From assembly GCF_039654945.1 (NCBI RefSeq), contig NW_027361792.1, forward strand, positions 1 through 64,000: a DNA stretch of 64,000 nt. Reading direction: 5' to 3'. Source of the DNA: Dendrobates tinctorius. Lineage: Eukaryota. Within the stretch, counting starts at the first letter, position 1, and each line of letters starts with the position of its first letter. This document shows, one piece after another, positions 27,201-39,685 of the stretch. A program made the position numbers and the translations under genes. Below the pieces are notes generated by a model. It had not been told where the DNA came from. It ran no database searches and worked only from the letters and a program-made list of their open reading frames with translations.

Positions 27201-30200
27201 CCCTTCCTGTCCCCTGTAGGGTTAATAGTCAGACGTAATAAGCTAAAGGCCCCGTCACACTAAGCGACTTACCAGCGATCCCGACACCGATATCAAGGTG
27301 TCAGGATCGCTAGTAAGTCGCTATGTGATCGCTGGTGAGCTGTCACACAGACAGCTTCAACAGCGATCAGCACAGCGATGCCGAGCGCTCCGGTCCCAGT
27401 GATCCTTTGCACGAATGACCGCGAGATGTCAGTCTCAAGGGATAACAAAGTCTCGCGGTTATTCGTGCAAAGGATCACTGGGACCAGGAGCGTGGAGAGA
27501 GGCAGGATGGCTGAACGGGACGTCAGAAGGTGAGAATAACAATATTTTTTATTTTTTTTTAATTATTTTTTACACCTGATCGCTGGTCTCCCGCTGTCAC
27601 ACACAGCGATGCGTGCTGGCCAGCGGGAGACCAGCGACCAAAGAAATGTCCAGAAGTTTCTTCCAGCGATCCCAGCAGAGGGGCCGCTCGCTGATCGCTG
27701 TCACACACAGCGATCTCGCTGGTGAGATCGCTGTTACGTCACAAAAGTTGTGACTCAGCAGCGATCTCGCTACCGAGATCGCTTAGTGTGATGGGGCCTT
27801 AAGTAAAAGAAAAGCAGAAATCGTGTAAAAGCTGAATGCACGTCCAAAGCAATGAGGCACCGATCACTGGTGCTTGTGAGGTGTCGGCGTTCCCTTTGGC
27901 CATAGTGTTAGGAGTTTACCCATAAAGATTTATAGTCTGCAGTGTTTATTGCCTTCTAAGGAGCAAATGACACAGACGATGACTGGCAGGTTCACGTCTG
28001 GCAGAACTGAAGGTTTTTATGATTTTTAGAACCCCCAATAACATATATATCTGTTCCTTAAAGGATGTAATAAATGGTGAGCTGTGCAGAAGAATGGGTT
28101 AAGTTGATTTATGTAAAATCAGTCTACCTGCCAGAAAGTGACATGGACATTGCATTAGATGAGGCTGGGCTACACGGTGATACCTGCTGGTGACAGCAAT
28201 TCTCAGACAAGATGCACAATTACAGACATGCAACATCCAAATTGCATCCGAGTTGCAGTTGCATGTGACTTGTATTGAAGCCTATAAAAGTCACGTCACT
28301 TGTAACAGGTTTGGATTTTTGGGACGTTTGCATTGCAGTCACAGTGGATCACGGGGCACAATACAAACCCACTGAATATCATTGGATGCAATGTCACATG
28401 CAACATCATATTATTCATGTAGTGCAGCGCGTCGCTGTGTAGTCCCAGCCTGATTGTCTATGGAGTCACATTGCAACCACAATGGGATGGCAGAGAACTT
28501 GCCAATCTGGTTGGATTTTTCGTGTCAGGTCACAACTCGCATACAACTTTGGCTTCATATGCTTCAGTGTGACCTATGGTTGCACAACAGTAAATCGCAG
28601 ACACGTTGCCAAAGTGTTTCTGAGCCCGACTTATGTGAGAATCGCATGACAAGAGTCGCCGTGCAGCCCCAGACTAAGGTACGACTGTTGGGTACCATGT
28701 ACTGACCGAGCGTGGAGCCGCAGAATGTCGACTCCATGGTGTAGCTGTTTCGGATGCCGTGCCTCCACATCACTACGCGGCCCGTTCCTTCTTTGCTTTT
28801 CTGCACTTTGAACTTACAGCCCTTAAAAAAAAACTGCAGCGAAAAGAGAGAGAGCTTATCATTAATAAGTGTTAGGATTCTTTTCTTCAGTGATGGATTT
28901 CAGATTATATGGGCGTATAACGGAGATTGTTTCCAGCACTGAATCATAAACAGGGCTGACAGCAATGCACAGAGGACAGATGTACGCAGGGTCAGGTTCA
29001 CGTTACTTCTCCGGACGCACCTTGTCAGGGGCATTCTTGCTCAGCATCAGAGGGAAGACTCTCTCGTGAAGCTTTGACTCCGGGAAACCCTTGTTGTTAC
29101 AGCCGTACATGAAGACGTTGCTCTTACGACTGTGGCCATGAAAGTCGCAGTAAAGAAGAACCTCCCTCTCCGCTACAAGCCTGATGGGAAGAGAAGTTAG
29201 TCACCGTGTCCCGAGAAAAGGTCCCTGCTTGCCAATCTTTCCACTTTGTGCACAATGGATGTGGTGATTATGGCGGAGGCCACATGATCGCACCACACGT
29301 ACTGCCTCCTGTTCTGCACAGGCGATGAACACATTCAGCAATGTGCAGATGCAGGCAGCAGAATTTCCAGTATCGGTGCAAGTGTATGAAAACGGCATCT
29401 GTTAAACTATGTCTGGTATCCGCTTTCTACCAGCAAAGCTTAATGGGAGTCTGTCAGTAGAAAAGGACCATTCAGTCCCATCACAGGCGCTTGGCGCACC
29501 CTTGGTCACTTTCTCACCTACTTGTTTTCCAGCTATTACCATCTTCTTCTTGCTCCAGGAAAATCAGAGCCAATCAAGAGAAGGGTAGAGATAAAGGGAA
29601 AGCAACTAGGTGGGGCGGTGCACTCACGCATGCGACCACGCCAAGGCTGCACTGAGCGCCTGGCAATGGACATTTTGTGATAACAGACTGCCTTTAATTT
29701 ACTGAATACAGATACTAAATCCACAGGATCCATAGGCGTCTGACAGATGCAGGCCTCATGCGAATTCATAGCAGCAGTAGGACCTGAATCTTTAGGACAT
29801 TTATTCCACATCTTGTGGATATGATAGAATTGTCTGAGATGGGACAATCCCTCTAAGAATATGACAGACGTCTAAATGACCGTGCATTTATCATATACAT
29901 GGGATGTCATGGTACACAGCTCATCACTGGATAACATACAGGATATATATGTCCCATATGTGACCGCCAGTTACTCACCTTTTAACCATAGCCCGGGTGT
30001 TCCATATACACGGGAAGGAATCTTTTAGCATAGTCCTGTAATTCCTATTGAGGTCCCTCCCTGAGAGAGAGCAGCGGTAATTCCCAACAATCACCCCATC
30101 AGGGTTCAGCATGGGAATGACCTTAAAGATAAATGTGTCCCTGAGCAGCTGAGCGTCGGGGGAGTCGCTGAGGATGAAGTCCAGGAAGCCTCTCATCATC

Positions 30201-33200
30201 CAGGAGCCGTTGGTCTCCCCGGGGTGCACCCTTGCTGTCACTACCACAGCTTTCTTACTGACTGCCAGTGCAGGTTTTATAGAGGGGGAAGTGACGGTCA
30301 ATATGTAGACGGTGTTACCGGCCAGACTCCTACACAAGGCTCGCAACTTACAATACTGGGATCGATCAGGATCACTCGTCCACCTCTGAAGATCCCTATT
30401 AAGGTCAGAATACGTGTACGGATAGCAATGCGCAAAGTAACACGTGTCGTCGTCATGGGGGAACATGAATGTCCAGGTCAAGCAGTAGAGAGCGGCCCCC
30501 TCCTGAGATTGAGAACTTCTGTAGTACTTTATATCTGCCCCTTCCCGTCTCCATCCTTCCCCCCGCAGCGCAGCATTGTGCTCGGAGTACATCAGAGGTT
30601 TCATTCCTGCATTGTAAAGACTATTCCTCTTCATCAGGTTGGTGATGGTGAATCGATAAGGAATTCCCCTCCGGGTCTTCTTCACCTGGAAGTAGAACCA
30701 CTGCGTGTGCTTGCTGGTGTAGAGGTCGGTACGTAGCGTCAGTTCATACTCATATGCCCCCCTGCGGGCAAAAAAAATGTGTTCAATGTAAGGGTGAGGT
30801 ACGCCATCCCCCAAAGTCACCACATTGTTATAAATTTGCATTATTAAAGTGGCACATAAATCTCATAAGGGGAACCTTTATACGCCTCCTAAAACTGAGA
30901 ACAGTAACCTGCAGCACTCCAACTAACATCAGACTACCCCCGGCTCACGTCACACTGCCCCCAGCTCACGTCACACTGCCCCCCGACTCACGTCATACTG
31001 CCCCCGGCTCATGTCACTCTGCCCCCCGGCTCACACCAGACTACCCCCGGCTCACGTCACACTGCCCCCCGGCTCACGTCACACTGCCCCCCCGGCTCAC
31101 GTCACACTGCCCCCAGCTCACGCCAGACTACCCCCGGCTCACGTCACACTGCCCCCGGCTCACGTCACACTGCCCCCCGGCTCACGTCACACTGCCCCCG
31201 GCTCACGTCACACTGCCCCCCGGCTCACGTCACACTGCCCCCGGCTCATGCCAGACTACCCCCGGCTCTCGTCACACTGCCCCCCGGCTCACGTCACACT
31301 GCCCCCCGGCTCACGTCACACTGCCCCCCGGCTCACGTCACACTGCCCCCCGGCTCACGTCACACTGCCCCTGGCTCACGCCAGACTACCCCCGGCTCAC
31401 GTCACACTGCCCCCCGGCTCACGTCACACTGCCCCCCCGGCTCACGTCACACTGCCCCCCCGGCTCACGTCACACTGCCCCCCCGGCTCACGTCACACTG
31501 CCCCCCCGGCTCACGTCACACTGCCCCCCCGGCTCACGTCACACTGCCCCCCCGGCTCACGTCACACTGCCCCCGGCTCACGTCACACTGCCCCCCGGCT
31601 CACGTCACACTGCCCCCGGCTCACGTCACACTGCCCCCCGGCTCACGTCACACTGCCCCCGGCTCACGTCACACTGCCCCCCCGGCTCACGTCACACTGC
31701 CCCCCCGGCTCACGTCACACTGCCCCCCCCGGCTCACGTCACACTGCCCCCGGCTCACGTCACACTGCCCCCGGCTCACGTCACACTGCCCCCGGCTCAC
31801 GTCACACTGCCCCCCGGCTCACGTCACACTGCCCCCGGCTCACGTCACACTGCCCCCCGGCTCACGTCACACTGCACCCCCGGCTCACGTCACACTGCCC
31901 CCCCGGCTCACGTCACACTGCCCCCCCGGCTCACGTCACACTGCCCCCCCGGCTCACGTCACACTGCCCCCCCGGCTCACGTCACACTGCCCCCCCGGCT
32001 CACGTCACACTGCCCCCGGCTCACGTCACACTGCCCCCCGGCTCACGTCACACTGCCCCCCGGCTCACGTCACACTGCCCCCAGCTCATGCCAGACTACC
32101 CCCGGCTCTCGTCACACTGCCCCCCGGCTCACGTCACACTGCCCCCCGGCTCACGTCACACTGCCCCCCGGCTCACGTCACACTGCCCCCCGGCTCACGT
32201 CACACTGCCCCTGGCTCACGCCAGACTACCCCCGGCTCACGTCACACTGCCCCCAGCTCATGCCAGACTACCCCCGGCTCTCGTCACACTGCCCCCCGGC
32301 TCACGTCACACTGCCCCCCGGCTCACGTCACACTGCCCCCCGGCTCACGTCACACTGCCCCCCGGCTCACGTCACACTGCCCCCCGGCTCACGTCACACT
32401 GCCCCCCGGCTCACGTCACACTGCCCCTGGCTCACGCCAGACTACCCCCGGCTCACGTCACACTGCCCCCCGGCTCACGTCACACTGCCCCCCCGGCTCA
32501 CGTCACACTGCCCCCCCGGCTCACGTCACACTGCCCCCCCGGCTCACGTCACACTGCCCCCCCGGCTCACGTCACACTGCCCCCCGGGCTCACGTCACAC
32601 TGCCCCCCGGCTCACGTCACACTGCCCCCGGCTCACGTCACACTGCCCCCCGGCTCACGTCACACTGCCCCCCCGGCTCACGTCACACTGCCCCCCCGGC
32701 TCACGTCACACTGCCCCCCCGGCTCACGTCACACTGCCCCCCCGGCTCACGTCACACTGCCCCCCGGGCTCACGTCACACTGCCCCCCGGCTCACGTCAC
32801 ACTGCCCCCGGCTCACGTCACACTGCCCCCCGGCTCACGTCACACTGCCCCCCCGGCTCACGTCACACTGCCCCCCCGGCTCACGTCACACTGCCCCCCG
32901 GGCTCACGTCACACTGCCCCCCGGGCTCACGTCACACTGCCCCCCGGGCTCACGTCACACTGCCCCCCGGGCTCACGTCACACTGCCCCCCCGGCTCACG
33001 TCACACTGCCCCCCCGGCTCACGTCACACTGCCCCCCGGGCTCACGTCACACTGCCCCCCGGGCTCACGTCACACTGCCCCCCCGGCTCACGTCACACTG
33101 CCCCCCGGGCTCACGTCACACTGCCCCCCGGGCTCACGTCACACTGCCCCCCGGGCTCACGTCACACTGCCCCCCGGGCTCACGTCACACTGCCCCCCGG

Positions 33201-34163
33201 GCTCACGTCACACTGCCCCCCCGGCTCACGTCACACTGCCCCCCCGGCTCACGTCACACTGCCCCCAGCTCACGCCAGACTACCCCCAGCATGCCGGTAG
33301 CTTGCTGGCTGGGAGTTGTAGCTCCAAAGCTGAGGTGCTGCAGATTACAGTCTCCTGATTTAGAAGATATCACTGTGTTCATTAAATGGCCTTAAAAAGT
33401 GTCTTAATGTGGATAATAGAAGATCTCATTATTAACGCCAAAGCCTCGGTTACTATATTATTGTTTTAAATACTTATGGACCACCCATTGTCTTGGTGGT
33501 CTGAATATAACTCTGCAGCTGCAGAAGCAGGAAGGCCGGGGGGGGGGATGTCACAGACAGCCAGATTTCCCCCACAGAGAAGAGACATTTTTCTGCTGAG
33601 CCTTCCTTCATGATCAGTGTATACATTGCGCCCAATAATGCTAGTGCAGCAGTCCTGTGAAAGTGCTCTGCTGTGGGCTGGGACTCTACAGAATCTGCTG
33701 GGTGGTAGCAATGTGTAAAAGTAAAAAAACAAATGCAAAAAAAAACAAAAAACCAAAGAGCGCCTATGGGAAGACTACAGACATAGCCCTGCCCCCGAGG
33801 ACCCAAAACTAAACATCCCTTATATAAAAATATTTACATCTCACCAGACAATTATAGCACATCCTGTCGATAGGCCATAAATGTCCGGAGTAGGAACACC
33901 CCTACAAATATTGCTTTACTTTTTATTCGAGGGTATTTCAGGCCATCAGGTCACTCACACTTTCATAGCTTTCTGGAGATTGCCGCTTTCAAATCGGGAT
34001 TCAAACTGCAAATCTTTGCTATTCTTCCCATTCATATTTGCTGGCACATTAGTGGCACAACGGCGCCCGCCAGCACGAGAGCCGGTGAAGTAGGAGCCCT
34101 TGTAAGCTGCAAGTAGAATATTTCCATTCAGATGTATTCTCAGACAGTATGTTAGTATATAGA

Positions 34164-34218
<55 letters not shown>

Positions 34219-37200
34219 CACACACACCATTGTAAACCACTGGCGGGTAAGTAATGTGGTTGAAGCATTACACATGGCCCATAGAAATAAATGGTCTTTC
34301 AGCTGAATACATGGACATACTTGGTCTCCAGATGGAGACTTGTTCTTTTTTGGGCGTTCTAGCCTATAGATGGGGGATACAAATAAGAGGTTCCTCTTTA
34401 AAAGACTTTTTGATATGATTTTGATATTAGGAGCTTTTTGGACAATTCCCTCAGGGAGCAGTTAGGAGTTTGGCGCTGCTCACCATTAGGTAAAACCACC
34501 CTAACAAGCAGACTTGACAGTGTTATTCAGAGGACGGCGGCTTACACCACATGGAGTCACCATTACTGGGACGGCACTACCTTGGCTGATTTCATACACC
34601 ACTTTTCCTTCCCCCTCGGAGGTGTACGTCATGGCTTCCTTTCCCGTATGTCTGTAGAATGGCTCCGGATTTGGGGGTTCCCACTCTGCAGGCACAATAC
34701 ATGTTGTAGGTTTACTAGGCACAGAACATTCATTGCTGCAGCTGAGGACACATTCCCACAGGGGGAAAATAAGAGGATTTCTGTAGTGAAAATGTTTAAA
34801 AATCTCATATCTGATGTGTAAATTTCCCTGCACTGAAGGTCTGAAGTGTGCGACATGTCAATCTATGCTGCAGATACTCACCAATATGACTGATCTCCTC
34901 AGAAATAATGGCACACTCAGTGGGCCAGCGCGGAGGTTTTAGGAGGCCATTCTTCTTGGAGGTAGAAAACAAATCTCTTGGTTCGCTGAGGCGCGGGATG
35001 ACCTGTCCCTCCTGACTATCAAACACAATCTGACGACTCTTGAACACGGCGCTCTCCAGCAGCAACGAATCTCAAGGGGAAGAAAGAAAGAGATTAGCTA
35101 AACAGAACTGGTCCATTGGGCCGAGACCCCCAGATATCAGCTGTAATCTATGGGGATGGTTCATTCTTCTACGGCGCCTCCACAGGGGAAATGGAGAAGT
35201 ACACAGTTCTCATTAAACTTTACAGGCTGTCCATGTAGCCACAGCAATACGCGCTGACCCGCCACGGGGCTAAGCGCAGGCCTGCCACGCAGCTGTGCGC
35301 AGACCCGCCATGGGGCCAAGCGCAGGCCTGCCACGCAGCTGTGCGCAGACCCGCCATGGGGCCAAGCGCAGGCCTGCCACGGGGCTAAGCGCAGACCCAC
35401 CACGGGGCCAAGCGCAGACCTGCCACGCAGCTGCAGACCCGCCATGGGGCCAAGCACAGGCCTGCCACGCAGCTGTGCGCAGACCCGCCACGGGGCCAAG
35501 CGCAGGCCCGCCACGCAGCTGTGCGCAGACCCGCCACTGGGCCAAGCACAGGCCCGCCACGCAGCTGTGCGCAGACCCGCCACGGGGCCAAGCGCAGGCC
35601 CGCCACGCAGCTGTGCGCAGACCCGCCACGGGGCCAAGCGCAGGCCCGCCACGCAGCTGTGCACAGACCCGCCACGGGGCCAAGCGCAGGCCCGCCAAGG
35701 GGCTATGCACAGACCCGCCACCGCGACACTCAGCAGCAATAGAGTGCATACATACAAATCAGCTTCTTCTGGTCATCCGGGGAGGACTGTCTGTCGGAAT
35801 CACTGTCTGTCACCTCTTTTCTTTGGTTCCTTGCTGCCGGTCGCAGTAAAATCTCTTTTCCTTTTTCTTCATTCTCTGGGAAAAAATATGTATAAAATAT
35901 GAGTGCCCCAGGGTAAAAACTGGAAACAAATTTCCACCGCTATCATGTCATTTACAGTACTGATCTCTTCACATGAACATTTAGTGCCTTCTCACGATCC
36001 AGGTCCTGGATGCCCCCGACCTCTGTACCCCCATAGCTATATTTCTTTCACCTAGGACCCTCTAACTAATGGCTGTTTGGGCAATGCTCTACTGCTTGTG
36101 TCTTTACCTTTATAATAGCCGTAATATCTCAGGTGACGTCGCATGAAGCGCTCGTAGGGGTCGGTCAGGAGCTGGAAAAGCCGTGATATCAGATTATATC
36201 CCTCACACATTAGTAATGACAATGACTGCGCCACAGAAACAATAATAGGTTGGGATCTTCTGCATCTCCCATACAAGTGACACAGAGGCTGCATATGTGA
36301 GCGGCCCCCAACTCATTCACTCCACACTAAATGCCCGACCAGACAAAATGGGGTCCAGGGATCCTGATCTCTAAAGATTGTGGGGGGATAAACTGCTGCC
36401 AGAGGAGTCAGGAGCTGGAGGGGGAAGAGATGGGTCCTTCGACCCATTAACACGTGGCCAACACCTGGTGCCCATATGTATGGGGGAGTTGGGAAAGAAG
36501 AGTCTGCACATGTGCCTGACAGCAATCTCATGTGTCTGTGCGCCAGAGCTGGAATCTCCCAGCATTCCTTGCTGTCTCAGTGCATTTACAGATATTGCTG
36601 GGCTTCAATATGCCCGATCCTATAAGCCTCCCTTATTATCTGAGATGACGCTTTTACATTAGATTGTAAGCTCCTCTACGCTGTGGAGAAAGCTCTCTGC
36701 ATCTTTATCCATGGGCACAATAACGATGATCAGTAAATGCCAACTCTGACTCACTCCGGAAGCAGTGTAGGACAAAGCTTGTAATGTTCTGGCAATGCAA
36801 TGTTTGGCCTCCATGGCGGCGTCCAGCTCGGGTTTGTCCCAGAGTACATGGCGATCTGTGGTTAGGAGTCTCGGCTGGCGCCTGTATGTATATGGTTCAG
36901 GCTCATCATTCCAAGGGGAACAAGTAGAATCGATCAAAAGTGGTGCACTCTAGGCGAAAGGGTGGTGCTCAGAAGGACGGCAAGTTATATATAAAGCGAT
37001 GGCCTTCGGCACACAATGAGTCAAATATAATTGTATTTCAAGAAATATTCAATTTAATTCACAGCCGACTCTATAGGACATTACAGACATAAATGCATCC
37101 AAAGCTTCAGCAACATTGCCTTTATGAAGGATATCTGTGGAAAGAGTCCGAAGTCCCCGTGTATCAGTGCAGCGTCACAGTGTTGCCGAAACGGATGGAT

Positions 37201-38551
37201 TTATGTCTGCAATGTCCTATAGAGTCGGCTGTGAATTAAAATGAATATTTCTTGAAATACAATTATATTTGACTCATTGAATGCCGAAGGTCATCACTTT
37301 ATACAAGGGGAACTAGTGTAATAGAGGGGCCTGGGCGGTCCCAGCATGGGAAGAGGAAAGGGCTGGGGCAGTACAACGGTAGGACAATGTGAGGCGAGGG
37401 GTGAGACAGCTGTGAATTAGGAGTGACGGGGAAAAAGGATAAGAGAGGAGAGCAAGAAGACTAGAGAGATATCAGAATAGTGAGACCCTGCCCAGCTGGG
37501 GTGTAGGGGGCATTACACTGGATTTAGGGAACTGTTTGATGCAGGAAATTTGTACGCCAAGATTTGGGGCATCGTACTCACAAGTAGAGGCATGTGCGAG
37601 GCGGCGGGACCCCAGGGGAGAGGACTGCGGGACCCCCGGGGAGAGGACTGCGGGACCCCCGGGGAGAGAACTGCGGGACCCCCGGGGAGAGAACTGCGGG
37701 ACCCCAGGGGAGAGGACTGCGGGACCCCCGGGGAGAGGACTGCGGGACCCCCGGGGAGGGGACTGCGGGACCCCCAGGGAGAGGACTGCGAGACCCCAGG
37801 GGAGAGGACTGCGGGACCCCAGGGGAGAGGACTGCGGGACCCCCGGGGAGAGGACTGCGGGACCCCAGGGGAGAGGACTGCGAGACCCCCGGGGAGAGGA
37901 CTGCGAGACCCCCGGGGAGAGGACTGCGAGACCCCAGGGGAGAGGACTGCGGGACCCCCGGGGAGGGGACTGCGGGACCCCCGGGGAGGGGACTGCGGGA
38001 CCCCCGGGGAGAGGACTGCGGGACCCCAGGGGAGAGGACTGCGAGACCCCAGGGGAGAGGACTGCGGGACCCCAGGGGAGAGGACTGCGGGACCCCCGGG
38101 GAGAGGACTGCGGGACCCCCGGGGAGAGAACTGCGGGACCCCAGGGGAGAGGACTGCGGGACCCCCGGGGAGAGGACTGCGGGACCCCCGGGGAGAGGAC
38201 TGCGAGACCCCCGGGGAGAGGACTGCGGGACCCCAGGGGAGAGGACTGCGGGACCCCAGGGGAGAGGACTGCGGGACCCCAGGGGAGAGGACTGCGGGAC
38301 CCCAGGGGAGAGGACTGCGGGACCCCCGGGGAGAGGACTGCGGGACCCCAGGGGAGAGGACTGCGGGACCCTACAAGCCGCCACATTCAGATGGTCACCT
38401 ATAGCCGGGGGCTTCACCGTGACAATGACCGCAGCACCGGAGGTTACACTGTCACCCCAGCAGAGCGGATACAGACGGGGCACCGGGGTCAGACAGGAAA
38501 GGAACAGAGAATCACCTCAGGATTCATGGCGGGCCGGAGAGCAGGACACAT
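15237..38551 (-). CDS. AGBL2: Cytosolic carboxypeptidase 2 (AGBL2/CCP2, M14 zinc carboxypeptidase, tubulin deglutamylase family); 20 coding exons, ~970 aa
   Basis: Exons in transcript order with consistent phases: 38551-38516 ([12 protein letters not shown]), 36171-36108 ([21 protein letters not shown]), 35875-35756, 35070-34882, 34685-34581, 34106-33959 ([13 protein letters not shown]), 30761-29979 (QWFYF, YPYTY, RVHPGE, NPDG, GNYR, DLNR), 29180-29021 (DFHGH), 28833-28707 (YTMEST), 27213-27113, 26992-26862, 25226-25160, 24131-24033, 22088-22002, 19833-19767, 19695-19609, 19517-19305, 18171-18117, 17976-17846, 15379-15237. Zinc ligands and catalytic Glu are intact. Position between FNBP4 and MTCH2 supports AGBL2 rather than AGBL3. 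The last ~6 exons rest on splice sites and frame only. Confidence 0.9.
15521..17532. mobile_element. Fold-back insertion (Penelope-like, non-coding) with ~860-bp inverted arms, a hammerhead-like motif and a 14-bp TSD
   Basis: Arms 15532-16394 and 16544-17398 are near-perfect reverse complements. Flanking direct repeat AAGTCACATAAATG at 15521-15534 and 17519-17532. The spacer holds TGACGA-AGGAGTTCTTCC-GAAACGCGCGTC on the - strand (16543-16514). Confidence 0.75.
20477..21495. repeat. Minisatellite, ~33-bp unit (AAAGCTGCATCAAGATCTCCAAACCAGTCCCCC)
   Basis: Tandem copies in an AGBL2 intron. Confidence 0.95.
22724..23401. repeat. Minisatellite, 60-bp unit; interrupted by an insertion and resumes at 23843
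   Basis: ATCACCACCGACTCCTATTGCCCCCCGCCGATCCAGCAGACACTTCACCGTCTCCCTCGTATT repeated about 11 times. Confidence 0.95.
23402..23842. mobile_element. Short fold-back element with a hammerhead-like motif in each arm
   Basis: Arms ~23465-23585 and ~23722-23842 are reverse complements. CTGAAGA-AGGTCACATTGACA-GAAACGTC at 23746-23774 (+), mirrored at 23561-23533 (-). Flanked by CCCTCGTATTAT / CCCTCGTGTTAT. Confidence 0.65.
25309..26670 (+). mobile_element. Tc1/mariner (Sleeping Beauty-like) DNA transposon with a decayed transposase
   Basis: TIRs CAGTTGAAACCAGAAGTTTCCATCCACTAT / ATAGTGGATGGAAACTTCTGGTTTCAACTG with TA on both sides. Frameshifted fragments [56 protein letters not shown]. Confidence 0.93.
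26705..26830 (-). mobile_element. 3' end fragment of an L2-type LINE
   Basis: Reverse complement of the tail (AAAGCGCCATGGAATAAATGGCGCTATA...) of the L2 element at 61.4-62.4 kb. Confidence 0.7.
27247..27799. mobile_element. PIF/Harbinger-like MITE
   Basis: TIRs AGGCCCCGTCACACTAAGCGA / TCGCTTAGTGTGATGGGGCCT; TAA direct repeat on both sides; internal CGATCGCT repeats. Confidence 0.8.
28163..28450. mobile_element. Harbinger-like MITE
   Basis: Imperfect TIRs GGCTGGGCTACAC / GTGTAGTCCCAGCC with TGA on both flanks. Confidence 0.6.
30930..33290. repeat. Minisatellite, ~21-23 bp unit (CCCGGCTCACGTCACACTGCCC), ~2.35 kb
   Basis: About 100 tandem copies in an AGBL2 intron; source of the 848- and 794-aa pseudo-ORFs. 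Confidence 0.97.
34168..34228. repeat. (TA)n/(CA)n microsatellite
   Basis: Direct reading. Confidence 0.9.
35258..35722. repeat. GC-rich minisatellite (~48-bp unit GCCACGGGGCCAAGCGCAGGCCCGCCACGCAGCTGTGCGCAGACCC)
   Basis: Tandem copies in an AGBL2 intron. Confidence 0.9.
36995..37300. mobile_element. Short fold-back element (~115-bp inverted arms)
   Basis: CCTTCGGCA...AATGAGTCAAATATAATTGTATTTCAAGAAATATTC... mirrored at 37177-37290. Contains TGTTGCCGAAACG, resembling the 3' half of a hammerhead. Confidence 0.6.
37604..38370. repeat. Minisatellite, ~22-24 bp unit (GGGGAGAGGACTGCGGGACCCC)
   Basis: Tandem copies; source of several overlapping pseudo-ORFs. Confidence 0.96.
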
Positions 38552-38635
38552 GACGGCGACAATCACCTGAGGAGAAAGAAGATGAGAAAATTATCACCCG
38601 GAGGAGAAGACACAACGGAAAAGCCTCCTCCGCCC

Positions 38636-39685
38636 CCACCGGCTCCGGTCTCCTCCTCCTCCCTGGTCTCCTCTCACACCGGCTCCGGTCTCCTCCTCCT
38701 CCCCGGTCACCTCTCACACCGGCTCCGGTCTCCTCCTCCTCCCCGGTCACCTCTCACACCGGCTCCAGTCTCCTCTCACACCGGCTCCGGTCTCCTCTCA
38801 CACCGGCTCCGGTCTCCTCCTCCTCCTCCCCGGTCACCTCTCACACCGGCTCCGGTCTCCTCCTCCTCCCCGGTCACCTCTCACACCGGCTCCGGTCTCC
38901 TCCTCCTCCTCCCCGGTCACCTCTCACACTGGCTCCGGTCTCCTCCTCCTCCCCGGTCTCCTCTCACACCGGCTCCGGTCTCCTCCTCCTCCCCGGTCTC
39001 CTCTCACACCGGCTCCGGTCTCCTCCTCCTCCCCGGTCACCTCTCACACCGGCTCCGGTCTCCTCCTCCTCCCCGGTCTCCTCTCACACCGGCTCCGGTC
39101 TCCTCCTCCTCCCCGGTCTCCTCTCACACCGGCTCCGGTCTCCTCCTCCTCCCCGGTCACCTCTCACACCGGCTCCGGTCTCCTCCTCCTCCCCGGTCTC
39201 CTCTCACACCGGCTCCGGTCTCCTCCTCCTCCCCGGTCTCCTCTCACACCGGCTCCGGTCTCCTCCTCCTCCCCGGTCTCCTCTCACACCGGCTCCGGTC
39301 TCCTCCTCCTCCCCGGTCTCCTCTCACACCGGCTCCGGTCTCCTCCTCCTCCCCGGTCACCTCTCACACCGGCTCCGGTCTCCTCCTCCTCCCCGGTCAC
39401 CTCTCACACCGGCTCCGGTCTCCTCCTCCTCCTCCCCGGTCACCTCTCACACCGGCTCCGGTCTCCTCCTCCTCCCCGGTCTCCTCTCACACCGGCTCCG
39501 GTCTCCTCCTCCTCCCCGGTCACCTCTCACACCGGCTCCGGTCTCCTCCTCCTCCCACACCGGCTCCGGTCTCCTCCTCCTCCCCGGTCACCTCTCACAC
39601 CGGCTCCGGTCTCCTCCTCCTCCCACACCGGCTCCGGTCTCCTCCTCCTCCCCGGTCACCTCTCACACCGGCTCCGGTCTCCGTT
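38636..39685. repeat. Minisatellite, ~40-bp pyrimidine-rich unit (CTCTCACACCGGCTCCGGTCTCCTCCTCCTCCCCGGTCAC)
   Basis: Tandem copies between the first coding exon of AGBL2 and the shared promoter. Confidence 0.96.

Noticed and set aside
30754-33395. 848-aa and 794-aa ORFs
   Set aside because: Stop-free frames through a ~22-bp tandem repeat, antisense to an AGBL2 intron; the peptide cycles through all three frames.
37582-37593. Alternative AGBL2 start exon (ATG CCT CTA CTT|GTGAGT, MPLL)
   Set aside because: Phase-compatible, but 38551-38516 has a strong acceptor and MCPAL resembles the mammalian MFPAL N-terminus. Cannot be excluded as an alternative exon.
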